A stretch of DNA of 64,000 nucleotides from Phycisphaerales bacterium (GTDB taxonomy: Bacteria; Planctomycetota; Phycisphaerae; Phycisphaerales; SM1A02). The notes below the pieces were generated by a model. The model was not told the origin of the DNA and searched no databases. It worked only from the letters and a program-made list of their open reading frames with translations. The translations under genes and the position numbers were made by a program. The stretch covers positions 234 through 64,233 of the forward strand of contig JBGARR010000012.1 of assembly GCA_044230125.1 (NCBI GenBank), read 5' to 3'. Shown here one piece after another: positions 45,329-52,960 of the stretch; the first letter of the stretch is position 1; every line of letters starts with the position of its first letter.

Positions 45329-46474
45329 TCAGTCGCAGGTCAGGTCGATCGTCATCTCGTAGTTGCCCTTGGCGCCGTCATAGCCCGAGACCAGGAAGTA
45401 GAGGACCTCGCCGGGGGAGACGACCCGCGAGATGTACGACTTGCGGTTGGGGCCGCCGTTGACGATCGAGCAGCCGGGCTGCGCCGAGTCGTCGTTGCAG
45501 GTGATGTAGCTGCCCCAGCAGCTGCCGTCGAACTCGTAGCGCAGCACGGTGAGGACGGTGTCGAAGTCGGTGCCGTCGTTGCAGGTGCTGACCTGGAGCA
45601 CGCCCCAGCAGGTGGACTCCCAGCGGATCCATTCGGTCGGTCCGTACTGGGTGCCGTTGAAGCAGTTGCTGGGGTACTGCGTCACCGGGTTGTCGCTGGT
45701 GTTGCCGACGACCGTCTGGCTGGCCAGCGCGATGCTGGTGTTGCGCGGGTGCTCGCAGGACTCGCCCGGCTGGGAGAGGGAGAGCGTCAGGGTGCCCGAT
45801 CCGTGATCGAAGGCGCTGAACCCGCCAACACGGATCTTGTAGAGGTGCCCTGCTGCCACGGGCACGATCACCTTCGAGGTGAGACCGCCGCAGCCCGCGG
45901 AGTCGTCGTTGCAGCCGACAAAGGAGGCCAGGCCAATGCCGCCGGTCGGGCAGGGCGACATGCCTGGCAGTGCGGCGCCGTAGACGGCGATCACGCTGTC
46001 GAAGTCCGCGGCATTGCACAGGGTGACAGTGAGGTCGCCGGTGCTGAGCGCCTCGTACGTGAACCAGACATCGCCGAAGATCTGGGTGGCGCCGCCGCAG
46101 CTGTTGTCGGGCAGGACCGGGCCATCGGTGTCGGCGGCCTCAGTGCACAATGGATGGGTGCCCAGGCCGATCACCTGCGAGGATCCGCAGTGATCGTTGG
46201 CGGGACCCGCGCACGGCCCCCAAGCGCCCAGGAGCAGGCCCAGGTCGGCGCCATCGACCAACCCACTGCCGTTGATGTCGGCGCCGGCGTTTGCCGTGCC
46301 CCAAGCACCCAGAAGCATGCCCAGGTCCGCGCCATCGACGAACCCGTTGTTGTCGAGGTCGCCGGGGCAGTTGCATGCGCCGGCACCGACGCCGGCGACT
46401 GCCGGGGCCGAGAGAAGGAGGACGCCGACCGACGCTGTGCGCAGGATCGTGCGGGTGATTCGTGTCTTGAACAT
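45329..46474 (-). CDS. secreted protein: N-terminal dockerin-like repeat pair + two Cys-framed beta-rich modules
   Basis: Signal peptide MFKTRITRTILRTASVGVLLLSAPAVAG. This is followed by DLDNNGFVDGADLGMLLGAWG + DINGSGLVDGADLGLLLGAWGPCAG, then two modules each containing ...DVWF/EWIRW...V.TC...DFD[ST]V[IL].V...CNDDS... Confidence 0.8.
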   Translation of the reverse strand: MFKTRITRTILRTASVGVLLLSAPAVAGVGAGACNCPGDLDNNGFVDGADLGMLLGAWGTANAGADINGSGLVDGADLGLLLGAWGPCAGPANDHCGSSQVIGLGTHPLCTEAADTDGPVLPDNSCGGATQIFGDVWFTYEALSTGDLTVTLCNAADFDSVIAVYGAALPGMSPCPTGGIGLASFVGCNDDSAGCGGLTSKVIVPVAAGHLYKIRVGGFSAFDHGSGTLTLSLSQPGESCEHPRNTSIALASQTVVGNTSDNPVTQYPSNCFNGTQYGPTEWIRWESTCWGVLQVSTCNDGTDFDTVLTVLRYEFDGSCWGSYITCNDDSAQPGCSIVNGGPNRKSYISRVVSPGEVLYFLVSGYDGAKGNYEMTIDLTCD

Positions 46475-46611
46475 TCGTGTGCTCCGTTATGGACCGGACG
46501 GGCGTCGGGCCGCCACCGAAAGGCGCCATGCCGGATGAAACCGGGGCGCGCTCTACAACCAGCCACGGATTTCAGGCGTGGAACCCGCAAGGCATTTTCT
46601 AGAATCCGCCC

Positions 46612-47184
46612 ATGCTCACCGCCGAGGCCACCACCACCCTGCTGCGCGAGCTCCGCGGCGGCCAGGAAAGCGCCCGTGGGGCGCTGCTGGAGGGGCTGTA
46701 TGCGGAGTTGCGCGCGCTGGCTGGGGCCATGCTGCGGGGGCGCAACGAGGGGCAGACGCTGCAGCCGACCGCCCTGGTGCACGAGGCATGGCTGAAGCTG
46801 GGCGCGGGCAAGGAACTGCAGGTGAACGATCGCGCGCACTTCATGGCGATCGCGGCCACGGCGATGCGGCAGATCCTGGTGGACCATGCGCGCGCGCGGC
46901 AGGCGCTGAAACGCGGTGGCGGCGCGCGGCGGATGTCGCTGGAGGACCTGGACGCCACCAGCGGCGAGGCCGCCCCCGACCAGGTGCTGGCCGTCGACGA
47001 GTGCCTGCGCCAGCTGGAGGCGCTGGACCCGCGGCAGGCGCGCGTCGTCGAGATGCGCGTCTTCGCGGGCATGACCGTCGCGGAAGTGGCGCAGGCGCTG
47101 GATGTCTCGACACGCACAGTGGAACTGGACTGGCGCATGGCGCGCGCCTGGCTCGCCGGCAAGCTTGCACATGTCGAGCCCTGA
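46612..47184 (+). CDS. ECF-type RNA polymerase sigma factor (kinase-associated type)
   Basis: The sigma-2 region reads LLEGLYAELRALAGAMLRG...LQPTALVHEAWLKL and the sigma-4 region reads LDPRQARVVEMRVFAGMTVAEVAQALDVSTRTVELDW. No anti-sigma gene is adjacent. The next gene, a Ser/Thr kinase, overlaps it by 14 nt. Confidence 0.85.
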   Translation: MLTAEATTTLLRELRGGQESARGALLEGLYAELRALAGAMLRGRNEGQTLQPTALVHEAWLKLGAGKELQVNDRAHFMAIAATAMRQILVDHARARQALKRGGGARRMSLEDLDATSGEAAPDQVLAVDECLRQLEALDPRQARVVEMRVFAGMTVAEVAQALDVSTRTVELDWRMARAWLAGKLAHVEP

Positions 47185-50107
47185 TCCCGAGCGATGGGGA
47201 AAGCTGCAAGCGCTCTTCCGCGAACTGGTGGACGCGGCGCCGGGGGATCGCGCCGCGCGGCTTGCCCAGGTGGCGCAGCAGGACGCCGCGCTGGCTCAGG
47301 AGGCGCGCGAACTGCTCACGGCGGATTCCGACGCACTGCAGTCGGAGACGCTGACGCGACGCCTGAGCGGTGCCGTCCAGCAGCTGGCGGGCGAACTTGA
47401 GGGGGAGCGTGGCCAGCCTGCGTGGATCGGCGACTACCGGATCCGCAGCGTGCTTGGCTCCGGCGGCATGGGAGTGGTCTACCTGGCGGAACAGGAATCG
47501 CCGCGGCGCACGGTGGCGCTGAAGGTGATCCGGGCCTTCGGCGGCGCGAACGCCGTGCGCCGCTTCCAGCGCGAAGCAGAGCTGCACGGGCGACTGCAGC
47601 ACCCGGGGATTGCGCTGGTCCACGAGGCGGGCATGGCTGCCGAGCGCGATGCGGCGGGAAAGCCCTTCGGCCCGGCGCGCCCCTTCTTTGCGATGGAATT
47701 CGTGGATGGCGAGGCGGTGAATGCCTTCGTGCAGACGCATGCCCTTGGCGTCGAGGCGCGCGTGGACCTGATGGCGCGCATCTGCGACGCCATCGAGCAC
47801 GCGCACTCGCGCGGGGTGATCCACCGCGACCTGAAGTCGGCGAACGTGCTGGTGGATCGCGCGGGCAACCCCAAGGTGCTGGACTTCGGGATCGCGCGCG
47901 CCGTCGACCGCGACCATGCTGGCACGCTGCAGACCGCCGTGGGCGAGGTGGTCGGCACGCTGCCGTACATGAGCCCCGAGCAGGTCTCGGGGGACCCGCT
48001 GAGCGTCGGCGTGGCCAGCGACATCTACGCGCTGGGCGTGGTGCTCTTCGAGGCGCTCACCGGGCGGCGTCCGCTGGACCTGGCGGGGCGAACGCTGCCA
48101 GAGGCGGTGCGCATCGTCACCGACGACGAACCGACGCGGCTTGGTGCCATCGACCGCGCGCTGCGCGGCGACCTGGAGACGATCGTGGGGCGCTGCCTGG
48201 AGAAGGACCCCCGCCGCCGCTACGCCTCTGCGGGCGCGCTTGCACAGGACCTGCGCCACCACCTGGCGCACCGCCCCATCGACGCCCGCCCAGCCAGCAC
48301 CTATTACCAGGTGGCCAAGTTCGCACGGCGGCACCGGCCGCTGGTGATCGGCGTGGCCACGGCGTTCGTGGCGCTGACGGCGGCGACGGCGGTCAGCGTC
48401 ACGATGGCGTACCGGGCGGAGCAGGCGCGCGGCGACCTGGAGCAGCAGTTGCGCGTGGCGCGCATCGAGGCCGCGCGGTCGACGCAGTCCTTCGACTTCC
48501 TGCGCAACCTGCTCACGGCCGCGGACCCAGCGCGCAGCGCGGGCAAGGAGATGACGGTGCACCAGCTGGTGCTGGATGCCGCCGAGGGGCTGCGGAAGAG
48601 CGACAGCACGGACAACCAGGTGACCGGGATGCTTGCGCGCCTGGTGGGCTTCACGCTCTACCGCCTGGGAGACCTGGACGCGGCGGAGCGGACGCTGAAG
48701 CGCAGCGTCGAGCTGCTGCGCCACCCAGACCCCAATGCCGTCGGCGCCGATGACACGCTGGTGCAGGCGATGGTCGAGCTGGGGGACCTGCTGCGGGCGC
48801 GCGACAAGAGCGACGAAGCTGCTGCCGTGCTGACCGAGGCCACCGACCTGCGCCGCAGCGCGGTCCGGGCCGCCTATGCCGCGCAAGGTGTGCAGGCGCA
48901 ACCGGAGCAGATCACCGACGTCTCGCTGGGCGCAGCGCTGAACAACCTGTCGCTGGTGCACCAGCACCGCGGCGACTTCGCGGCTGCCGAGCGCTGTGCG
49001 CGCGAAGCGCACCAGATCGAGGAGGCGCTGGTGAAGGCGGGCTGGAACCGCCGCCCGAATGCGGCCACCGCGCTGGTGAACCTGGCCGCCGCCCAGCTCC
49101 TGCAGGGGCACGCGCGCGAGGCCGAACCGCGCTTTCGCGAGGCGGTGGCGATCCATGAGGTGCTCTCGGGCAACGAGGCGCCGATCACGCAGACCGTGCG
49201 CAACAACCTGGCCTCGGCGCTGCGCAGCCTCGGGCGCTACCAGGAGGCGATCGAGCTGATCGGCAAGGTGCAGGAGATCCGCCGCCGCACGCTGCCCGAG
49301 GGGCACTTCGAGACGGCCACCGGGGACATGAACATGGCGCAGGCACTGCTGGCGGCCGGGCGGCCGCTGGACGCGCTGGAGTGCGCGCGGCGCGGATTGA
49401 CGTCGAACGAGCGCTCCCTGGGCGAGCGGCACCAGGACACGGGGCGCGCGCGCTCGATCGTGGCAAGCGTGCTCGATGCGCTGGGGCAATCAGACGAAGC
49501 GGGCCGGCAAGCGGAGACCGCGTGCGCGGACATCACGGCGCAGCTGGGCGGCGGGCACATTCGCGTGGCGGACGCGTTGGTGGTGCTGTCCACCGTGGCG
49601 CGCCACCGTGGGGAGGCAGCGCATGCGCGCGAGCTTGCCCAGCGCGCGGCCCAGGTGGCACAGGAGGCGCAGGGACCGCGCCACCCCGTGGTGCTGAAGG
49701 CGCGGCAAGAGGCGGCGCATGCGCTGCTTGGCGTGGGGGACGCCGCAGGTGCCGCGCGCGAACTGCACGCGCTGCTGGGCGACTTGCGCGAGGAGCTTGG
49801 AGCGGAGCACCCGCTCACCGGGCGTGCTGCGCTGCTCTGCGCTGAGTCGGAGCGTGCCGCCGGGAACGATGCTGTCGCCGCCGCGATGGCGCGCGAGGCC
49901 GCTGCGGCGCTGGCGACGCCCGGCACGGTCGAGCCCTGGATGGCGCAGTACGCGGCGCTGCTTGCGGACGTCGCCCAGGGAGGAGCGGGCGTCGCACGGG
50001 CGGAGGCGACGCAGGCCCGCGCCGCAGAGATCCGGCGGCAGGTCGCCGCGCTGGGCGGGCCTGGCTGCACCGAGCTGGACCGGCTGCAGGCGCTGGACAA
50101 TCGATGA
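47171..50107 (+). CDS. Ser/Thr protein kinase with TM helix and C-terminal TPR-repeat region
   Basis: ORF 47102..50107 trimmed to the ATG at 47171. Kinase motifs LGSGGMGVVY, VALKVI, HRDLKSANVLV, DFGIAR and YMSPEQ are present. There is a TM helix RPLVIGVATAFVALTAATAVSV, then about 550 aa of TPR-like repeats. Confidence 0.85.
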   Translation: MSSPDPERWGKLQALFRELVDAAPGDRAARLAQVAQQDAALAQEARELLTADSDALQSETLTRRLSGAVQQLAGELEGERGQPAWIGDYRIRSVLGSGGMGVVYLAEQESPRRTVALKVIRAFGGANAVRRFQREAELHGRLQHPGIALVHEAGMAAERDAAGKPFGPARPFFAMEFVDGEAVNAFVQTHALGVEARVDLMARICDAIEHAHSRGVIHRDLKSANVLVDRAGNPKVLDFGIARAVDRDHAGTLQTAVGEVVGTLPYMSPEQVSGDPLSVGVASDIYALGVVLFEALTGRRPLDLAGRTLPEAVRIVTDDEPTRLGAIDRALRGDLETIVGRCLEKDPRRRYASAGALAQDLRHHLAHRPIDARPASTYYQVAKFARRHRPLVIGVATAFVALTAATAVSVTMAYRAEQARGDLEQQLRVARIEAARSTQSFDFLRNLLTAADPARSAGKEMTVHQLVLDAAEGLRKSDSTDNQVTGMLARLVGFTLYRLGDLDAAERTLKRSVELLRHPDPNAVGADDTLVQAMVELGDLLRARDKSDEAAAVLTEATDLRRSAVRAAYAAQGVQAQPEQITDVSLGAALNNLSLVHQHRGDFAAAERCAREAHQIEEALVKAGWNRRPNAATALVNLAAAQLLQGHAREAEPRFREAVAIHEVLSGNEAPITQTVRNNLASALRSLGRYQEAIELIGKVQEIRRRTLPEGHFETATGDMNMAQALLAAGRPLDALECARRGLTSNERSLGERHQDTGRARSIVASVLDALGQSDEAGRQAETACADITAQLGGGHIRVADALVVLSTVARHRGEAAHARELAQRAAQVAQEAQGPRHPVVLKARQEAAHALLGVGDAAGAARELHALLGDLREELGAEHPLTGRAALLCAESERAAGNDAVAAAMAREAAAALATPGTVEPWMAQYAALLADVAQGGAGVARAEATQARAAEIRRQVAALGGPGCTELDRLQALDNR

Positions 50108-50152
50108 CGCGCGCGCGAGCGCCTTCATCCACGATGTGCAACGCATGTGAAA

Positions 50153-50178
50153 CGCCCCCCGGCCGAAGCCGGGGGGCG
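50153..50178. terminator. hairpin between convergent genes (candidate bidirectional terminator)
   Basis: cgccccccggc (50153-50163), loop cgaa, then gccggggggcg (50168-50178). It lies between the stops at 50107 (+) and 50218 (-). Confidence 0.6.
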
Positions 50179-50217
50179 CGTTGAGAACTCTGGAAAGCTG
50201 ATCCCGTGATCAGGCGA

Positions 50218-51741
50218 TCAGGGGCAGTTGCCCCAGTGGCCCAGCAGCTGGCCCAGGTCGGCGCCGTTCACGATTCCGTTGCCGTCGAAGTCACCGGTGC
50301 CGGCACCGCCCCAGTTGCCCAGGAGCGCACCCAGGTCGGCGCCATCCACCGAACCGCTGCCGTTGATGTCCCACGGGCAGGGGATCGCGCAGGAGGCGCA
50401 GAGGCCGGTCGCCTCGTTGGCGCAGATGCTGTCCCAGTGGTTGCTGCAGCAGAAGGGGTCGACGGCGCACACCGCCGAGCAGCAGGCGGCATCGGCGCAG
50501 AAGGGCGTGGCGGCCGGCAGGCAGCAGTCGTTGGTGACCGTGCCGCATGCAGGCGGGCAAGGTGCCGCGCTGATGACCAGCGCGCCAGCCCCGCTGGCTC
50601 CCAGGTAGCCGCCCAGCCGGATCAGGTACGCCGTGCCGGGCGCCGCGCTGAAGGTCACGCTGCTCTGGACGTCGCAGGCATCGTCGTTGCAGGCGATGAC
50701 CGTGCCCGAGCAACCGGTGGAGACGGCCAGGATCGTGTCGAACGCAGCAGTGTCGCAGGTGCTCACCGTCACGTCCGTGACGCAGTCCCCCGCATGGACA
50801 TAGCGGAACCAGACATCCTTGAAGATGCCCGTGCCGTTGAAGGAGCACTCCAGGGGGAAGTTGTTCGTCGAGTCGGTGGCGTTGGTGGTGTCGAAGAAGT
50901 GATTGCCCAGGCCCACGTCGGTTGCGGCGACGCACTCGTTGTTCAGGGGGAGGAGGGTCGGCAGGCACTCCGAGCAGGACTGCGAAGCCTCGTTGGCGCA
51001 GATGCTGTCCCACTGGTTGCTGCAGCAGTAGGGGTCCAGGGCGCAGACGATGGCGCAGCAGCCGGGGTTGGAGCAGAAGGGCGCCGGGTGCGCGACGCAG
51101 CAGCTGTCGTCGCTGTTGTCGCAGCTGGTCGGCGCCGCGGTGCCGCAGGTGGCGCAATTGGCGATGGCTTCGCCGGCGCAGATGCCGTCCCACTGGGTGT
51201 TGCAGCAGTAGGGGTCCAGGGCGCAGACGATGGCGCAGCAGCCGGGGTTCGAGCAGTACGGGGTGCCGTGCGCGGTGCAGCAGCTGTCGTTGCTGTTGCC
51301 GCAGCTGGTCGGTGCCGCGGTGCCGCAGGTGGCGCAGTTGGCGATCGCCTCGTTGGCGCAGACGGTGTCCCACTGGTTGTTGCAGCAGTAGGCGTCCATG
51401 GCGCAGACAATGCCGCAGCACGTGGGGTTCGAGCAATAGGGGGTGGCGTGCGCCGTGCAGCAGCTGTCGTTGCTGCTGGTGCAGCTGGTCGCGGGAGCGG
51501 TGCAGCTGGGGCAGTTGGCGATCGCCTCGTTGGCGCAGATGCTGTCCCAGGTGGTGGCACAGCAGTACGGGTCGATGGCGCAGATGTAGGCGCAACAGGA
51601 GGGGTTCGAGCAGCCCGGGCTGTCGTGAGACACGCAACAGCTTTCGATGCTGGTGCCGCAGCCGTTCTGCGCATGCACCGCGCCAGTGGCGAAGAACGCT
51701 GCAATGGCAGCGAGCGCGCCGATCAAGTTCGACATCTTCAT
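50218..51741 (-). CDS. 507-aa secreted protein: four tandem 55-60-aa Cys-rich repeats + Cys-framed beta-rich module + fifth Cys-rich repeat + dockerin-like repeat pair
   Basis: ORF 50218..51888 trimmed to the ATG at 51741. Signal peptide MKMSNLIGALAAIAAFFATGAVHA. Repeats follow the pattern SCC.AH..P[YF]CSNP.CC..VCA.DPYCC...WD..CA.EA..C..C. The C-terminus reads DINGSGSVDGADLGALLGNWG + DFDGNGIVNGADLGQLLGHWGNCP. Confidence 0.8.
   Translation of the reverse strand: MKMSNLIGALAAIAAFFATGAVHAQNGCGTSIESCCVSHDSPGCSNPSCCAYICAIDPYCCATTWDSICANEAIANCPSCTAPATSCTSSNDSCCTAHATPYCSNPTCCGIVCAMDAYCCNNQWDTVCANEAIANCATCGTAAPTSCGNSNDSCCTAHGTPYCSNPGCCAIVCALDPYCCNTQWDGICAGEAIANCATCGTAAPTSCDNSDDSCCVAHPAPFCSNPGCCAIVCALDPYCCSNQWDSICANEASQSCSECLPTLLPLNNECVAATDVGLGNHFFDTTNATDSTNNFPLECSFNGTGIFKDVWFRYVHAGDCVTDVTVSTCDTAAFDTILAVSTGCSGTVIACNDDACDVQSSVTFSAAPGTAYLIRLGGYLGASGAGALVISAAPCPPACGTVTNDCCLPAATPFCADAACCSAVCAVDPFCCSNHWDSICANEATGLCASCAIPCPWDINGSGSVDGADLGALLGNWGGAGTGDFDGNGIVNGADLGQLLGHWGNCP
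50965..51666 (-). repeat. in-frame tandem repeat, period about 180 nt, four copies (coding)
   Basis: Near-identical strings recur exactly 180 nt apart, for example cactggttgctgcagcagtaggggtccagggcgcagacgatggcgcagca at 51011, its near-copy at 51191 and a more diverged copy at 51371. These correspond to protein repeats aa 26-259. Confidence 0.8.
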
Positions 51742-51967
51742 AATGGTGTGCTCCCTCAGCAGGGCTGAGTGAAGGGGGTACTGCCCGGGCCGACCCCACG
51801 AGAGGCCTTCCGCGGCGCGCGCAGGGTAGCCGAACGCAGGGGCGTAGGCCCCCCGCAAGGCGCGCGAGTGCCGTGCAATCCCGTGCATTATGAACGCCCG
51901 GTGACCAAGCGGCGCCGTCCGGGCGCGTGGCCCCGGGCGCGCACGGGGGCCATGCGCGCCGTGGCCC

Positions 51968-52798
51968 CTACTTCCCTTGGAAGAGTGCGAATGTGGCGCC
52001 GGTCGGGTCGGTCACGACCGCCATGCGCCCGACATTCGGAATGTCCGTCGGTTCGTTGCAAATCTTCCCGCCGTTGGCGCGCGCGCGCTCGGCGGCAGCA
52101 TCCACGCTTGGCACCATGATGTAGCTCAGCCAGCTGGATGGCATCGGGCCCCACTCGGGCTGGATCTTCATGAGCCCTCCCACCGAGCCCTTCATCGCCG
52201 CTGGATCGGCGCCCGGCAGCCAGAGGAGCGTGTAGTCACCGATGGGCATCGGCATCGCCGTGCTGGTCCACCCCAACAGCGCGCCGTAGAAGCGCAGCGC
52301 TGCGGCCGGGTCGCTGGTCAGCAGTTCCATCCAGCAGAAGGAGCCAGGCTCGGTCTGCGGCAGGCGCTTGCCACACTCGCCCACGCCCGCAAAGAGATGG
52401 ATGACCGCGCCAGTGGGATCCGCCACCACGCTCATGCGGCCCACCTTGGGGATGTCCATCGCGGGGGCAAGCAGCGTTGCACCCAGCGCAACCGCCTTGG
52501 TGGTCATGGCGTCGACATCCAGGACGTTGATGTAGACGGCCCAGTTCGCCGGCACATGTGCGGGCACGCCCGATGGCATCTCCATCATGCCGCCGTGGTG
52601 CGCGCCGCTTCCGCTGACCCACTCGGTGTACTGGTGGCCCGTGGCGCTGCCGCCCGCAGTGGTCTTCCAGCCGATCACCTTGGTGTAGAAGTCGGCGGCG
52701 CGCGCGGTCTCGCGCGTGTGCAGTTCGTTCCAGCAGATCGCGCCGATGACGCGCTCGGCGGTGGCGGGCTTCCCGGGGGTGCTGATCGTCTCTGGCAT
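51968..52798 (-). CDS. two-domain VOC (glyoxalase/bleomycin-resistance/dioxygenase) family protein
   Basis: Only the last 276 codons of the 1092-aa ORF 51968..55246 look real. The start is the ATG at 52798. Two similar halves contain ICWNELHT...DFYTKVIGW and FCWMELLT...RFYGALLGW, plus P.VGRM.VV.DPTGA twice. Confidence 0.8.
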   Translation of the reverse strand: MPETISTPGKPATAERVIGAICWNELHTRETARAADFYTKVIGWKTTAGGSATGHQYTEWVSGSGAHHGGMMEMPSGVPAHVPANWAVYINVLDVDAMTTKAVALGATLLAPAMDIPKVGRMSVVADPTGAVIHLFAGVGECGKRLPQTEPGSFCWMELLTSDPAAALRFYGALLGWTSTAMPMPIGDYTLLWLPGADPAAMKGSVGGLMKIQPEWGPMPSSWLSYIMVPSVDAAAERARANGGKICNEPTDIPNVGRMAVVTDPTGATFALFQGK

Positions 52799-52960
52799 GG
52801 CGGCGTGGCTCCTTCGGAATGGATGCGTGAGAACAGGCTTGCGGCAGGCGGGAATCCTACTTCCGGGCGCCGCGCTGGCCCCCGGCAGGCGTTGCACTGG
52901 TGTGACACTTGCAGGAGCGATCCACTCGTACCTTTCGAGAGCTTCCCTGGAGGTCCCCCG

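Noticed and set aside
46580-46603. GGAAC ... TCTAGA upstream of the ECF sigma gene as an autoregulated ECF promoter.
   Set aside because: The spacing between the putative -35 and -10 elements is only about 13 nt, where ECF promoters typically have about 16-17. The -10 would sit 8 nt from the ATG. The evidence is too weak to call.
46841-49489. 882-aa minus-strand ORF antisense to the TPR Ser/Thr kinase.
   Set aside because: It is extremely rich in Arg/Ala/Pro/Gly/Val, has no motifs, and lies wholly inside a plus-strand gene with unambiguous kinase motifs.
50965-51666. A regularly spaced 180-nt repeat array that might be mistaken for a CRISPR or satellite array.
   Set aside because: The repeats are contiguous with no unique spacers. 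They are in frame, encode a conserved Cys pattern, and lie inside a CDS that has a signal peptide and a C-terminal tag.
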